From positions 434,001 through 498,000 of the forward strand of contig CM035360.1 in the NCBI GenBank assembly GCA_020137815.1: 64,000 nt of DNA, in the 5' to 3' direction. Below are positions 1 through 14,110 of the stretch, one piece after another (positions within the stretch are counted from its first letter, which is position 1; every line of letters starts with the position of its first letter). This DNA comes from Hormiphora californensis (Eukaryota > Animalia > Ctenophora). A program made the translations under genes and the position numbers. The notes beneath the pieces were generated by a model that was given only the letters and a program-made list of their open reading frames with translations, was not told the DNA's origin and made no database searches.

Positions 1-821
1 GTCCGCAAGCCTCTCCTTTGGTTAAATTGGTGCGTTTGTTTAACGTGTCAGTTGCGTGCCTGGTGGAAGGTTCCATGGTACATTCGGAATTGGCCTGTGT
101 TAGTGTACCTCGGACGCGACCAGTCCTTGGAGAGAGTTTGTTAGCCTCTCCAAGAGGCGCTCGAAAAAAAAATCCTCCTCTTTTTCCCATGTCCGTGATC
201 TCCTCTCTGGATGGTTCCCTGGACCTGTTTCTGCCGGAACTGGAATTGGTGCTGGCGTTCCTGATCCTGGAATTAGATAGTGGTCGGTTCCCTAATCCGG
301 ATTTTTGGCTGGTGCTGGCCAGGGGCGGTGCGGTTCCGTTGCCCGGCTATCTGCCAATCTCTATCATCGGTAGGGCGTGCTTAACGCCGGCCAATGGTAA
401 GGGAGGGGTAATTTCGATACAAGCACAAAAAGGGGGTCAACAAAATCATTTGAAGATGTCACCCCAAACTCGTGCCTCGTGCCCATGTAATATTTATTAT
501 TTGTTGACGATGTGCACAATGCACGTAGGCTTGGAGTGATAGCTGTGAAATTGTTTTTTGAACATCAATATCCGGAACATCGATAAAAAGAGTGGGAACA
601 TGATATTTGACGATCAATAGTTCCCATAAGTATTGAGAAAGGTCCTAGCCAGCGATACAAGGCAACAAGAAAAGTTGCGGGTCGCCTTGTTCGACCCTCT
701 CTTACCACACGGCGCACCCTGCTATAAATATTCGAAAGAATGGTTTTTAGTTTTCACAAGTTTCAGAAGTCATAATCAAGTCCCGATAATTCCCTATTTA
801 ACTCAATAACTCTTCTATAGT

Positions 822-1749
822 ATGAGAGGCGGTGGGTTAGTTGGTTATGTTGAGGACCGCAACAACAGGCAAAGGTGAGTACAGAGTCCTCTCACTCACT
901 TGCCAAGTTAGACTGTTTTTCGCGCGCCCCGCAAATGTAAAGGGAGGGTTAGAACATAACAATCACTCACCATGTCCCCACTATGTCGTGTGCTTGATTG
1001 ACTCTCTCCGTCACAGATAAATGCTCAGGGCTGGGTAGTAGGATGTTAGGGAAACATTGAAATATTACTTATGTGTAGTTGGCCCCTGGGGCCTGGGGGA
1101 GGGGGAGTTCAGCATTTATCAGGGAGACTGAGTGTGTTTTTGTCAGAACAATAAGTACTGTATGGTTGACATGATAAACAGTATCTCTCTCTCTCCCTCA
1201 GTGGTAAGGAGAGTCGTGGAGGGAGAGGAAGGAAGGGTGGAAGGGTGGAAGATACCAGGGGATATCAGGTAACGCGCCATTATATTTTAGTAACGCGCCA
1301 TACTACCGTCAGCAGCTCTTGTGCGCGGCTTTCCCCGGGAAATAAGAAGGTGGTAGTAGCCGGTTCACTGGCGGAAGATGGGCTGCTCATCAAGTCAGTG
1401 CCCGGCCAGTGACTCCAGCTTGGTGACGAAACTGAAAGGTATAGGTTTCTACCGAGTCACCGGTAGAGTGACAGCAGTGACTTTCTACTCTTTTTTTTTC
1501 AACGTTATCTTGTTTTCAGGGACGAAGTAGAAATGATGACCCCTCAGTTCATATCACGGGATATCCGGTGCAGACGACAGAGAAGGAATTGGAGGATTTT
1601 ATCAGGAGCAGAATGCCTGGACATACATATCAGCTCAAGAAAATCTTTGGAGAGAAGGAGAATTGGGATGGATCTGTTAAAACCCTGAACTACACGTAGG
1701 AACTTACCTCTCTCTCTCTGTCTCTGTCTCTCTCTCTCTCTCTCTCTGC

Positions 1750-1845
<96 letters not shown>

Positions 1846-4800
1846 ATTAACCCATCTGTATCCCTCTCCCTAGGTGGCTCAACTCGCTCTCCAAATCCAC
1901 CTGTAGCACTGCTATTGAGGTCCTGAATGGAGCACCATTCAAAGGAGCTCCACTTCGTGTCAACCCAAAGCAAACCAAAAGAGATCCCTCCCCTCACAAG
2001 CGGTTCACTGCAAGCCAGAAGTGTCAGGTGTGCAAAGCCCCGAGTACAGAAAGATGTTCTGCGTGTTATTCTGTGTCCTACTGCTCACCGGATTGTCAGG
2101 TTAGTTTTCTAACGGGGGGGGGTGGATGTTCATAGTGTACTGTATTTCATTGTTATATTCTAACCCTCCTTTACATTTGTAAAAGAGGTTTACCGTGCGG
2201 GGCACGGTTGAAAAGAGTCGAGCAAGGCAAAATGTTTAAAGTAAGAGTGGCGCGCTGTGTTTTCTCACAAAACTTGGTGAATGAACGGGGAGTACCACCA
2301 GGACCATTGGTACGGTATAGAAAATTTCCAATTACGTCTCATTTATTAGTTATGACGTAATATGTTCATTATTTCAACTTTCAAAAAATTGCTCTACAGA
2401 AAAATCAGTTTATTGTGGATTGAAATGGATGCTTGCATCGTGTTCAGCGTCAAAAAATAGCCAGGGTACCAAATTTTGGTGTCTCTACCTTGTCTGTGAC
2501 GCGAGATATTGACAAATATCAAAAACGACCAAAGTGAGAGAAAGAGAGATTGTTACAAGTGGGTGGCGCGCACAAACAACTAGCACCCAAAGATAACAAA
2601 CTCTCTTTCTCCCATTTTGGTCGATTTTGATAATTGTCTATATCTCGCGTCACAGACAAGGTAGAGACACCAAAATTTGGTACCCCGGCTATTTTTTGAC
2701 GCTGAACACGATGCAAGCATCCATTTCAATCCACAATGAACCGATTTTTCTGTAGAGCAATTTTATGAAAGTTGAAATAATGAACATATTACGTCATAAC
2801 TAATGAACGAGACAGAATTAGAAATTTTCGATACCGTACCAATGGTCCTGGTGGTACTCCCCGTTCATCCACCAAGTTTTGTGAGAAAACACGGCGCGCC
2901 ACTCTTACTTTAATGTACAATTCAACAAATTTCACAGCCTTCCTTTTTTCAGAACAAGGATTGGAAAAGTCACGAGGGCCACTGCAAAAAGAAAGCATCA
3001 ATCGAAACAGGCTCGACTACCTCTTCTTCTGCCGCTAGCAGGAAAATGGTGATTCCTGGCGGAGCTGCCTCTGATTCACCTGTTGTACCGAGCTTCTCCC
3101 AGCTCGAGAAATTAGGAGGACAATTAGGATTCCCATTTGTACCACCGCCAATATCGAACGATGCATTCGTGCCACCTGCTATAACAAGAGATGCTAACCA
3201 TTTCGTACCACCTCCACAAAGTGCTGACCCGGTAGATTTACAAAAACACTTACAAGCACTACTGCTGCAAACGGAACCTGAGCAATATGTGCTGCACCCG
3301 ACTATGTCGCAAGCATTTTCACAAGTTACCCCTCCAGCATTTTCACAAGCAACACCCCCTCTACATATACCCACATTTTCAAAACTTCAGCAATCATTTG
3401 ACCAGCCTGGTCCTCCTCCACTACTGCCAACCCCTCTGAAACTAGGGTCAACCCCTGCTCAGCAACCCCAATCATTGCTGAACGATCAGTCAAACCCTCC
3501 AAAGCAGCTTCTATCACCTCCACAGCTTCTATCGACCCATTCGGAGCTACAGTCAAAACCTCAGCTACTTCCAAACCCTCCCCAGATTCTTCCAACACCT
3601 CCACAGCTCCTATCGAACCATTCGGAGCAACAGTCAAAACCTCCTCCACAATTACTTCCACAGCAGCAACTCCTATCGACCCATTCGGAGCTACAGTCAA
3701 AACCTCAGCTACTTCCAAACCCTCCCCAGCTCCTATCGGAGCTACAGTCAAAACCTCCTCCCCAGCAACTTCCTTCAAAGCAGCAACTCCTATCAGACCA
3801 GTCGCAGGAAATACTATCACTGCTGAAAGACCAGTCAACCCCTCCCCATCAATCACTAAGCCCCAACCATCAATCCGAACCTGCTACCCAATCACCACTC
3901 CAACAGCCACCACCGCTAAATAAAGCTACCCAGAAGCCAACCCCGCTATCTACAGCCCATGGGTCCCATGCTACAGCTACCCTGCAGCCACCTCCGCTTC
4001 ATACAGCCCCTGCTACTGCCACCCAGCTTCCCTCTGCGCTGAAAGTTAATGAGAAGCTAACTGTGCCACAGGTTTGTAATGACCATGTGTAATTATTGGG
4101 CATTACTAATTATAGGCGACCTTTCTATAGTAACCTCATTTTTCATCCCGGCCCCCTGTCTCTCTCCACGACAGGCCCCATTCTCTCACTCCCCGACCTC
4201 TCTCTCCAAGGAAAGGCCCCATTCTCTCACTCCCCCATCTCTCTCTAAAGGGAAAGCCCCCTCTTGGAATACCATTTGATGCCATGTGGTGCTCCGGAGA
4301 CAGCCCTCTTGATTTCCATGTGCAGCCGGTGGCGTCCTCAGACACTATTGAGAAGTTAATAGAGGAGGTGTCTCGTTTGTACAGTGTTCAACCTTTTGAT
4401 CCTAATCACCGACCAAAAGGTATAGCATTATATTGGAGTTTAATTAGTTGGTAATTAATTAAGTTAATTAGTTGATAATACTAGTTGTAGTAGGAATTAT
4501 TGTGTGAATTAAATTAGGGTATGTAAATTAGGGTGAACATATACTTTAGTAGTTATTCATTATCCGTTATCCCCAGAGGGTGACATGGTTGCTGCGTTAT
4601 GGGAGGGAACGGACAGAGAAACCTGGTATAGAGGCGAGGTGATGGTTGCTGACCGAGACTCACTGCTCATCAGGTATATAATCCACACATTTTAACCGCT
4701 CAGTCTGGGCTATCAATCATCATTATCGCAGAATTTATAATTTCTCCTTTCCTCTAGAAATATGTGTTATCCCCCCCCCCCTTTTATTTTCCTTCCTCTT

Positions 4801-7800
4801 CCTTCCTCTAGATTTTATAAACTCTTCCTTTAGATATGTGGACTACGGTATGAAGGGCCGAGTTAGCATCCGGGATGCCCGGAAATTAATCAGCCACAAC
4901 CACCAACCCCACCAAGTAATTAACACGGCAATTCATAATTGATAATTGTTTGATAATAGATATTTGTTTAAAAAACTGTTTCATATAGCTCTTTTACAGG
5001 CAATCAAATGCCGTTTGATGGATACTTTGGCACCTAATGAGCACCGGGAGCGGGAAATGGCATTCTTCAAGACTCAGATGGGCAGAGGCCCAGTCACAGT
5101 TACACCCCACACCTACTGCGACGAAGAATATTCGGTGAGTTTGGTGTAACCCATAGTAACCCATAGTAATCCACGCCATACCCATTTTGATTCTGCGCTC
5201 AGATGGGGTCGCGGCGCCAGACCACCGCCCATGGCAACCGCTCTAATCAAACCAAATTGGTGTAACCAACTATAATACAGCGGCTTCTGAGTCGAGTGTC
5301 GTGACCATCTTTTAGTACCTGTTACCTCTTTACCAATTCTATGACCATATTATATTGTGGAAAACTCACTCAATATCTCAGGTATCTGTAAGGCTCTCCA
5401 CGGGCGAGGATTTGGGTGATTTGTTGCAGCGGACAGATCAGTATTCTCACGAGCCCCCTGAGATAGAGGAGAGGAAGGTTGAAATTGGCAGCTCTCCAAT
5501 AGTGGAAATATCCCACTTCGTATCAGCTGAGGAGGTGAGGTGTTTTCGTTGCACTTGGCTATTTCTCTGGTCTCGCTGGTTTAATTCGTTAATTCTCATT
5601 TCTTCAAATAGGGAGCGCACGAGAACTGCACTACTACTACTAAACCTTTGCTCCTCTAGTTCTACGTAGTTTCACGAGTGGATACCTTCAAGAGAAGTGA
5701 AATGTGTGCTGCCCTGTTGAGCATAAGGAACAATCCCCCTTCACTAGGTTAGAAGTGCTTTTCAAATGAACCCTCTCTCTATCCAGAACTTGCCTTGTTC
5801 GACCCTCCTTGAAAAAACAAGGCAGAACAAGGGGGGGGTGGAGGGGATCCAAGGGGGAAGGGGCCTGAGATTTTGGCCAAAATAATGACACCGCTGACTT
5901 ATTGACATAAAAAACCTGTTGAATATCAAACGAATTTCGATCCACAATCTCTCTCACACCTCTCCCATTCCCCAGAGCTAATCGAGGAAGGTTATGTCGT
6001 GGTTGCACCTCGCAAGGGTAAACTCCAGAGAGCTCGTGTGACTGATTCAACCTCTGCTACCACACTGACGGTTCAATTCGTTGATTTTGGTGATTCGGCC
6101 ACCTTACCACGAAATGATGTTAGGATCCTCCCTGAGATGTTTGCAAGCGAACCTGCTTTTGTAAGTGCTATACTTTGATTCTTTGCTTCATTCTTAATAA
6201 TAGGCTTTGATCGCGCTGATTCTGTCTTCCGAGTGCTATTGCAGATAATAGTACCCCTTTCCCTCACCAGTAACCTAACTCTTCCCCTTCCCCTCTCCCA
6301 CACCAATAACCTAACTCTCTCCCACTCTCTCCAGGCGGTACGATGCCATATTGATGTTATCCCCTCCACCACGCCAGCCCAACTGAGACAGTTCATCCAA
6401 TCAGAATACCCGGACCTGGCCATGTGTACATTTGGTAGGAACGTCTCAGGGTTTGGGTATGAGGTTCACATCAGGAGCACTGAAGGAGGATTAACATTGA
6501 CAGCTAATCTACAGGCACATGGTTTAGCGGAAGGAAGCAGTCCACAACTATCATTGTACGTGGGCTTTGTACGTGGTTACTGGGTTTGTACGTGGTTACT
6601 AGCTTTGTACGTGGTTACTGGCTTTGTACGTGGTTACTGGCTTTGTACGTGGTTACTGGCTTTGTACGTGGTAACTGGCTTTGTACGTGGTTACTGGCTT
6701 TGTACGTGGTTACTGGGTTTGTACGTGGTTACTGGGATTGTACGTGGTTACTGGCTTTGTACGTGGTTACTGGGTTTGTACGTGGTTACTGGCTTTGTAC
6801 GTGGTTACTGGCTTTGTACGTGGTTACTGGCTTTGTACGTGGTTACTGGGTTTGTACGTGGTTACTGGCTTTGTACGTGGTTACTGGCTTTGTACGTGGT
6901 TACTGGGTTTGTACGTGGTTACTGGGTTTGTACGTGGTTACGGGGTTTGTACGTGGTTACTGGGTTTGTACGTGGTTACTGGCTTTGTACGTGGTTACTG
7001 GCATTGTACGTGGGCTTTGTACGTGGTTACTGGCTTTGTACGTGGTTACTGGCTTTGTACGTGGTTTTTCCAGCATGGTCATTCTTGTTTGTTACTTGAG
7101 GCATACCGCTCTAATGTGGATCAGTGTTAGAATCACCAAGTCTGTGCTGGCCCTGTTCTATACATGGGCGGTATATCAAAACCCCATATTAACATTATGT
7201 ATCGGTTCTACTTTATTCAGATCTAATGGGGTAGTAGGACGACCAAATCATGATCTACCTGATGAGAGACCTCTACTGGAGATGGCAAGCACCAGCACAT
7301 ACAGTTTACCACTTAACCATGGGTTATCCTGTACTTCTGTGTGTGTAAACTCCCCTTCATCGATATACCTCCGGTTCAAGACAAAGACACAGGTATGTTA
7401 TAACCATGTGTGTAACATGTATGACGTATGTTATAACTTGTGTAACATGACACATGTTACAAAGAAATCTGTCGGGCAAAAGTTATTGAGTTTCCTTTTT
7501 ATCCATCCGCCAAGTTACCCACCTCCCTTACTGATGGAATAGTAACCGAATCAGGAAATACTGGTCCATGATAGGCTGATAACCAGTCACGTGACCTAAA
7601 TAACGAGTTCTGATTGGTTGTTTACTTGTGTCGTTCGGTTCCTGTGGATTATTAATAATAGTAATCGGTTACTCCAGGTCAGCTAGGGTTACTCCCCTCT
7701 CCCCTGCTGATGGATTATTAATAATAGTAACCGGTTACTCTGGTCTCATATGAGACACTGGTTATTCCAGGTCAGTGCGAGGGCGATGGAGGAGAGGGTG

Positions 7801-9234
7801 AATATGAGGGGAAGGGATGATGGTGTGATGTCATTTAGTGAACTTGGGTTGAAGCCACGTATAGATGAGCTGCTGATATGGAGAGGGGATGATGGGAGCT
7901 GGCACAGGGGAATTGCTCTGGACGACCAAGGTATATTTAATTGGTTAATTAATTTGTGACTTTTTGAACCCAAGATATGTGTTGTCAGTTGGTTCATCCC
8001 TTTCAGAGGTGTGCCAAAAACATTGTGATTAATACACTGAATCCTTATATGGCTCACAACGCCAGTGAGGGTCCAGTAGATCAACTAAATCCCTGCCTTG
8101 TTCGACCCTCCTTCCCCGGTTTGAACAAAACAACTAAATCCCTGTTAATTGTCCCAGGGTGGATATTTGCTCCTGACACCGGATCAACCAGAACCATCCC
8201 TCTAAACAATGTGAAACCTGGTGACCATGGTGACAAAGAATTCAGGGAAACGCAGTGTTTAGCGTTCAACTCAGTGTTTGATGGGCCGGTACAGGAGGCC
8301 GTGGAAGGGGTTGAAGATGTGGAGACACTGAGGGAAGTGCTGACAAAACATCTCAAACAGGTATTAGTATTTGGGTTGTTACCACCCCCATCGCCCCCAG
8401 ACCCCCCGTCCCTGTCCCTCACATTCGATACTAAAGTACACCCCAAACTACTATGTCCCTCACTCGGGTTTTGTAAAATTTCCCACGGTCATAACTCCAC
8501 TCCCTGATGAGATAGAGACTTGAAATTTGTTTTGTAGGAAGAACTCGACACGATCTCCTCACAAAACAAATTTCAAGTCTCTATCTTATCAGGGGGTGGA
8601 GCTATGGCCGTCTAAAATCCGGTCGCGCGCAGCAAGGGACATAGTAGTTTGGGGAGACCTTTAATGGTAGTTAATTAATGGTAGTTGTATTAATTAATGG
8701 TTGTGTTAATTAATAATTATTTCAGTGCAAAGTGGTGTCCCAACAGGGAGATTTGATTGTGGTGAGCTGCCCCTCCCTACTGGATCACCTGAAGAATGCT
8801 GGCAGTCAGGTAAGGTGACATTGGGTGGGACCTAACCAAACATTAAACAAGGTGACATCGGGGGAGAGGGTGACGTGACCAATGGAATCTTACTGTTTAC
8901 TAAGGGGTTGGGGGTGTCATGTGGTATAACGTGACACTTGGGGAGAGGTGGGGGACCTAAGCAAACAAAATCTGAATCTGACACGAGAATAGATTAACCC
9001 AGCAGTAACAATCCCCCTCTATCTCTCATACAGATCGTGAACCCATCATCCCTCGAGGAACGAGTTCTGATATTAGAAAGGGAGCTGAATGATATGAATG
9101 AGATAAGAGAGGAGATGAGGGAAATTAGGGAGACAAATAAACAGTTGAGGCTCGCAAATGAGCAACTTGAATTGGATATGCAGCAGATAAAACAAGTCCT
9201 CAGAGGGGTCCTGACTCGATCCAAAGAGAGATAA
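822..9234 (+). CDS. Multi-exon RRM + MYND zinc finger + P/Q-rich + ~3 Tudor domain protein (Vreteno/TDRD1-like piRNA-pathway factor)
   Basis: Exons 822-874, 1202-1268, 1520-1695, 1874-2099 and 2953-4071 splice in frame at GT-AG. RRM-like VHITGYPVQTTEKELEDF...AIEVLNGAPFKGAPLRV; MYND CQVCKAPSTERCSACYSVSYCSPDCQ|NKDWKSHEGHC; Tudor motifs MVAALWEGTDRETWYRGEV..IRYVDYG (~4577-4850), QRARV..TVQFVDFGD (~6020-6100) and GDDGSWHRG (~7885). Terminal coiled-coil exon 9034-9234. Confidence 0.8.
1707..1842. repeat. (CT)n microsatellite; similar tracts at ~17655, 17990, 33265, 39300-39530 and 58690-58995
   Basis: Seen directly; these tracts are the source of the ERERER/SLSLSL ORFs. Confidence 0.95.
2240..2909. 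mobile_element. Non-autonomous palindromic DNA transposon (Kolobok-like MITE) in an intron
   Basis: Near-perfect ~300-bp inverted arms AGTAAGAGTGGCGCG...CGCGCCACTCTTACT, flanked by TTAA on both sides (2236-2239, 2910-2913). AG..CT ends with a TTAA TSD fit Kolobok. Confidence 0.75.
6554..7065. repeat. 19-bp minisatellite (GGTTACTGGCTTTGTACGT) starting at a splice donor
   Basis: About 26 tandem copies visible; they produce the spurious YVVTGFVRGYW ORFs in all three frames. Confidence 0.95.
8441..8654. mobile_element. MITE
   Basis: 20-bp TIR CCCCAAACTACTATGTCCCT / AGGGACATAGTAGTTTGGGG; no clear TSD. Confidence 0.6.
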
Positions 9235-9705
9235 ACTTTTATTTTTAAATCTTTTATTTTAAATTGTTATTTTATCAATTAATTTATTAAAACAGCTAAA
9301 GTAAGCGTTGTTGTTAAATTCGGAGGACTTGTTGGGGCTTAACATTGTACAATCGTTGTTATATTGCTTCTATAACAACGTTTCTCACTGGGGTAGCGAC
9401 TCAGTCAAAGAAAGTGGATTCGGCAGATTCGCCTCTGAAGGATGCGACGTCCCAAAATCACGGAATCAGCTGCAGCAACAATAATGCGCGTATTTTATTT
9501 GCGCGCAACAAACTGCGCGTGAAAAAGTTAAATCATTCAAATGATTTCAAAAATCACTCCAGCTGGATTTTCGAGCATGATTTTCGATTTTTTGCTTTTA
9601 AAAATTCGAGACGGCAACCTGTCAGACAGCATCATGCTTCTGAATTCTATTTTAATTCGTAAGAAATCAGCTTAAATACATTAACGGAAATGTGAATGCC
9701 AATAA

Positions 9706-12700
9706 CAGGGTGTGAACTGCATGTCGTGTTTGCTAGTCGCGAGCGCGCTTGCGAGACAAGCAAAGGGTCACCACACACCAAAGTTAAAATTAAAATTAAA
9801 ATTTTGATTTTAAACCCGCACACACCAGCGGCCGTTAAAATTTCTCTCCCCATTCTAAAAGTAACAATCTCACGCACGATTTTAACGGTCGCGTTGGATG
9901 ATAAAATTTTAACACGCCGTTAAAATCACGCGCGAGATTGTTACTTTTAGAATGGGGGAGAGAAATTTTAACGGCCGCTGGTGTGTGCGGGTTTAAAATC
10001 AAAATTTTAATTTTAATTTTAACTTTGGTGTGTGGTGACCCAAACACGTCAAGGTTCATTAACAAGCATGCTGCTCAGTCATTTTAGATTTAATACACAA
10101 TGTAAGGATACCATGTAATAGGTGAGACTCTTGCCGTCACCCTCGTTCAAGTCCCGTGAAAAACGGAGCAGTACACGCAAACTGATGCCCATTTTCCTCG
10201 CGTGACCCCGATTCAGCAGTTTGAGACACCAACTCTTTAGGGGGCCATATCTCAGGAACCAGACAAGATAGGAAAAATCGCCGTCTAATGAGGCGTACAG
10301 TTTTTAATCTAGTTTACCACTGTACCGGCCGTTTCACTCTCCGACCTAAAACAAAAATCGCAACCCCACAAAACTTCAAAATAATGAAATTCGCATCTCG
10401 CATGTCGTGTTGCATGTCGTGTCATGTTATTGACGCGCTCGCGTTCAACTCTCACACAGCAGCTGCAGAACATGGCGGGAAACATCGAGGAGTAGAGAGA
10501 GGGTCGGTGCCGAATCAAATATTTCTTGATCTTGATCTACTCCATCTCTCAGCTATCCTACCCCTCATCAACTCGATCTCTCAGCTACCCTACCCCTCAT
10601 CTACTCCATCTTTCAGCTACCCTACCCCTCATCTACTCTATCTTTCAGCTACCCTACCCCTTATCTAGTCCATCTCTCAGCTACCCTACTCCTCATCTAC
10701 TCCATCTCTCAGCTTCCCTATTAGGGAAGCATAGAGATGGAAACGATTAGGGGTAGGGAATCCCTATCCATAATCGTTTCCATCTCTATGCTTCCCTAGC
10801 CCTCATCAACTCCATCTTTACCCTACGCCTAATATAGTCCATCTCTCCGCTACCCTACTCCTCATCTACTCTATCTCTCAGCTACCCTACCTCCCATTTA
10901 CTCCATCTCTCAGCTTACCTACCTCCCATTTACTCCATCTCTCAGCTTACCTACCTCCCATTTACTCCATCTCTCAGCTACCCTACCTCCCATTCACTCC
11001 ATCTCTCAGCTACCCTACCTCCCATTTACTCCATCTCTCAGCTACCTTACCTCCCATTTACTCCATCCCTCAGCTTCTCTACCTCCCATTTACTCCATCC
11101 TTGCCTCCCATTCACTCCATCTCTCAGCTACCCTACCTCCCATTCACTCCATCTCTCAACTACCCTACCTCCCATTTACTCCATCTCTCAGCTTCCCTAC
11201 CTCCCATTTAATCCATCTCTCAGCTTCCCTACCTCCCATTTACTCCATCGCTTACCTTCCCTACCTCCCATTTACTCCATCTCTCAGCTTCCCTACCTCC
11301 CATTTAATCCATCTCTCAGCTTCCCTACCTCCCATTTACTCCATCGCTTACCTTCCCTACCTCCCATTTACTCCATCTCTCAGCTTCCCTACCTCCCATT
11401 TACTCCATCTCTCAGCTACCCTACCTCCCATTTACTCCATCTCTCAGCTTCCCTACCTCCCATTTACTCCATCTCTCAGCTACCCTACCTCCCATTTACT
11501 CCATCGCTTACCTTCCCTACCTCCCATTTACTCCATCTCTCAGCTTCCCTACCTCCCATTTACTCCATCTCTCAGCTACCCTACCTCCCATTTACTCCAT
11601 TTCTCAGCTTCCCTACCTTTCATTTACTCCATCTCTCAGCTACCCTACCTCCCATTTACTCCATCGCTTACCTTCCCTACCTCCCATTTACTCCATCTCT
11701 CAGCTTCCCTACCTCCCATTTACTCCATCTCTCAGCTACCCTACCTCCCATTTACTCCATCTCTCAGCTTCCCTACCGGCTACCTCCCATTTACTCCATC
11801 TCTCAGCTACCCTATCTCCCATTTACTCCATCGCTCAACTTCCCTACCTCCCATTTACTCCATCTCTTAGCTACCTTACCTTCCATTTACTCCATCTCTC
11901 AGCTTCCCTACCTCCCATTTACTCCATCTCTCAGCTACCCTAGCTCCCATTTACTCCATCTCTCAGCTACCCTACCTCCCATTTACTCCATCTCTCAGCT
12001 ACCTTACCTCTCATTTACTCCATCTCTCAGGGGTAGGAATGTTAGGATAAATGAGAGATGGAGTAAATGGGAGGTAGGGAAGCTGATAGATGGATCAAAT
12101 CGGAGGTAGGGTAGCTGAGGGATGGAGTAAATGGGAGGTAGGGAAGCTGAGAGATGGAGTAAATGGGAGGTAGGTAAGCTGAGAGATGGAGTAAATGGGA
12201 GGTAGGGAAGGTAAGAGATGGAGTAAATGGGAGGTAGGGAAGCTGAGAGATGGAGTAAATGGGAGGTAGGGAAGGTAAGCGATGGAGTAAATGGGAGGTA
12301 GGGAAGCTGAGAGATGGAGTAAATGGGAGGTAGGGAAGCTGAGAGATGAAGTAAATGGGAGGTAGGGTAGCTGAGAGATGGAGTAAATGGGAGGTAGGGA
12401 AGCTGAGAGATGGAGTAAATGGGAGGTAGGGAAGGTAAGCGATGGAGTAAATGGGAGGTAGGGAAGCTGAGAGATGGAGTAAATGGGAGGTAGGGAAGCT
12501 GAGAGATGAAGTAAATGGGAGGTAGGGTAGCTGAGAGATGGAGTAAATGGGAGGTAGGGAAGCTGAGAGATGGAGTAAATGGGAGGTAGGGTAGTTGAGA
12601 GATGGAGTGAATGGGAGGTAGGGTAGCTGAGAGATGGAGTAAATGGGAGGCAAGGATGGAGTAAATGGGAGGTAGGGAAGCTGAGGGATGGAGTAAATGG

Positions 12701-14110
12701 GAGGTAAGGTAGCTGAGAGATGGAGTAAATGGGAGGTAGGGTAGCTGAGAGATGGAGTGAATGGGAGGTAGGGTAGCTGAGAGATGGAGTAAATGGGAGG
12801 TGAGGTAGCTGAGAGATGGAGTAAATGGGAGGTAGGGTAGCTGAGAGATGGAGTGAATGGGAGGTAGGGTAGCTGAGAGATGGAGTAAATGGGAGGTAGG
12901 GAAGCTGAGAGATGGAGTAAATGGGAGGTAGGGTAGTTGAGAGATGGAGTGAATGGGAGGTAGGGTAGCTGAGAGATGGAGTGAATGGGAGGCAAGGATG
13001 GAGTAAATGGGAGGTAGAGAAGCTGAGGGATGGAGTAAATGGGAGGTAAGGTAGCTGAGAGATGGAGTAAATGGGAGGTAGGGTAGCTGAGAGATGGAGT
13101 GAATGGGAGGTAGGGTAGCTGAGAGATGGAGTAAATGGGAGGTAGGTAAGCTGAGAGATGGAGTAAATGGGAGGTAGGTAAGCTGAGAGATGGAGTAAAT
13201 GGGAGGTAGGGTAGCTGAGAGATAGAGTAGATGAGGAGTAGGGTAGCGGAGAGATGGACTATATTAGGCGTAGGGTAAAGATGGAGTTGATGAGGGCTAG
13301 GGAAGCATAGAGATGGAAACGATTATGGATAGGGATTCCCTACCCCTAATCGTTTCCATCTCTATGCTTCCCTAATAGGGAAGCTGAGAGATGGAGTAGA
13401 TGAGGAGTAGGGTAGCTGAGAGATGGACTAGATAAGGGGTAGGGTAGCTGAAAGATAGAGTAGATGAGGGGTAGGGTAGCTGAAAGATGGAGTAGATGAG
13501 GGGTAGGGTAGCTGAGAGATCGAGTTGATGAGGGGTAGGATAGCTGAGAGATGGAGTAGATCAAGATCAAGAAATATTTGATTCGGCACCGACCCTCTCT
13601 CTACTCCTCGATGTTTCCCGCCATGTTCTGCAGCTGCTGTGTGAGAGTTGAACGCGAGCGCGTCAATAACATGACACGACATGCAACACGACATGCGAGA
13701 TGCGAATTTCATTATTTTGAAGTTTTGTGGGGTTGCGATTTTTGTTTTAGGTCGGAGAGTGAAACGGCCGGTACAGTGGTAAACTAGATTAAAAACTGTA
13801 CGCCTCATTAGACGGCGATTTTTCCTATCTTGTCTGGTTCCTGAGATATGGCCCCCTAAAGAGTTGGTGTCTCAAACTGCTGAATCGGGGTCACGCGAGG
13901 AAAATGGGCATCAGTTTGCGTGTACTGCTCCGTTTTTCACGGGACTTGAACGAGGGTGACGGCAAGAGTCTCACCTATTACATGGTATCCTTACATTGTG
14001 TATTAAATCTAAAATGACTGAGCAGCATGCTTGTTAATGAACCTTGACGTGTTTGCTTGTCTCGCAAGCGCGCTCGCGACTAGCAAACACGACATGCAGT
14101 TCACACCCTG
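9706..14110. mobile_element. 4.4-kb foldback-type DNA element: ~2-kb inverted arms containing a 30-bp minisatellite
   Basis: Ends CAGGGTGTGAACTGCATG...CATGCAGTTCACACCCTG with a 5-bp TSD AATAA (9701-9705, 14111-14115). Mirror-image ORFs at 10288/13808. The 30-bp unit CTCAGCTACCCTACCTCCCATTTACTCCAT switches strand at ~12030-12050. Confidence 0.9.
9765..10041. mobile_element. PIF/Harbinger (Tourist)-like palindromic MITE nested in the left arm of the foldback element
   Basis: GGGTCACCACACACC...GGTGTGTGGTGACCC with a 3-bp TSD AAA; the right arm (~14045-14065) shows the empty site. Confidence 0.85.

Noticed and set aside
18-539. 173-aa ORF at the window start
   Set aside because: No recognisable motif and a non-ATG start; possibly antisense to retroelement debris, which cannot be supported.
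6586-7542. Hydrophobic repeat ORFs resembling a membrane protein
   Set aside because: Products of the intronic 19-bp repeat, open in all three frames.
12042-12995. 317-aa ORF and the mirrored ORFs at 10288-10750 / 13346-13808
   Set aside because: Translations of the 30-bp minisatellite and inverted arms; no transposase motifs.
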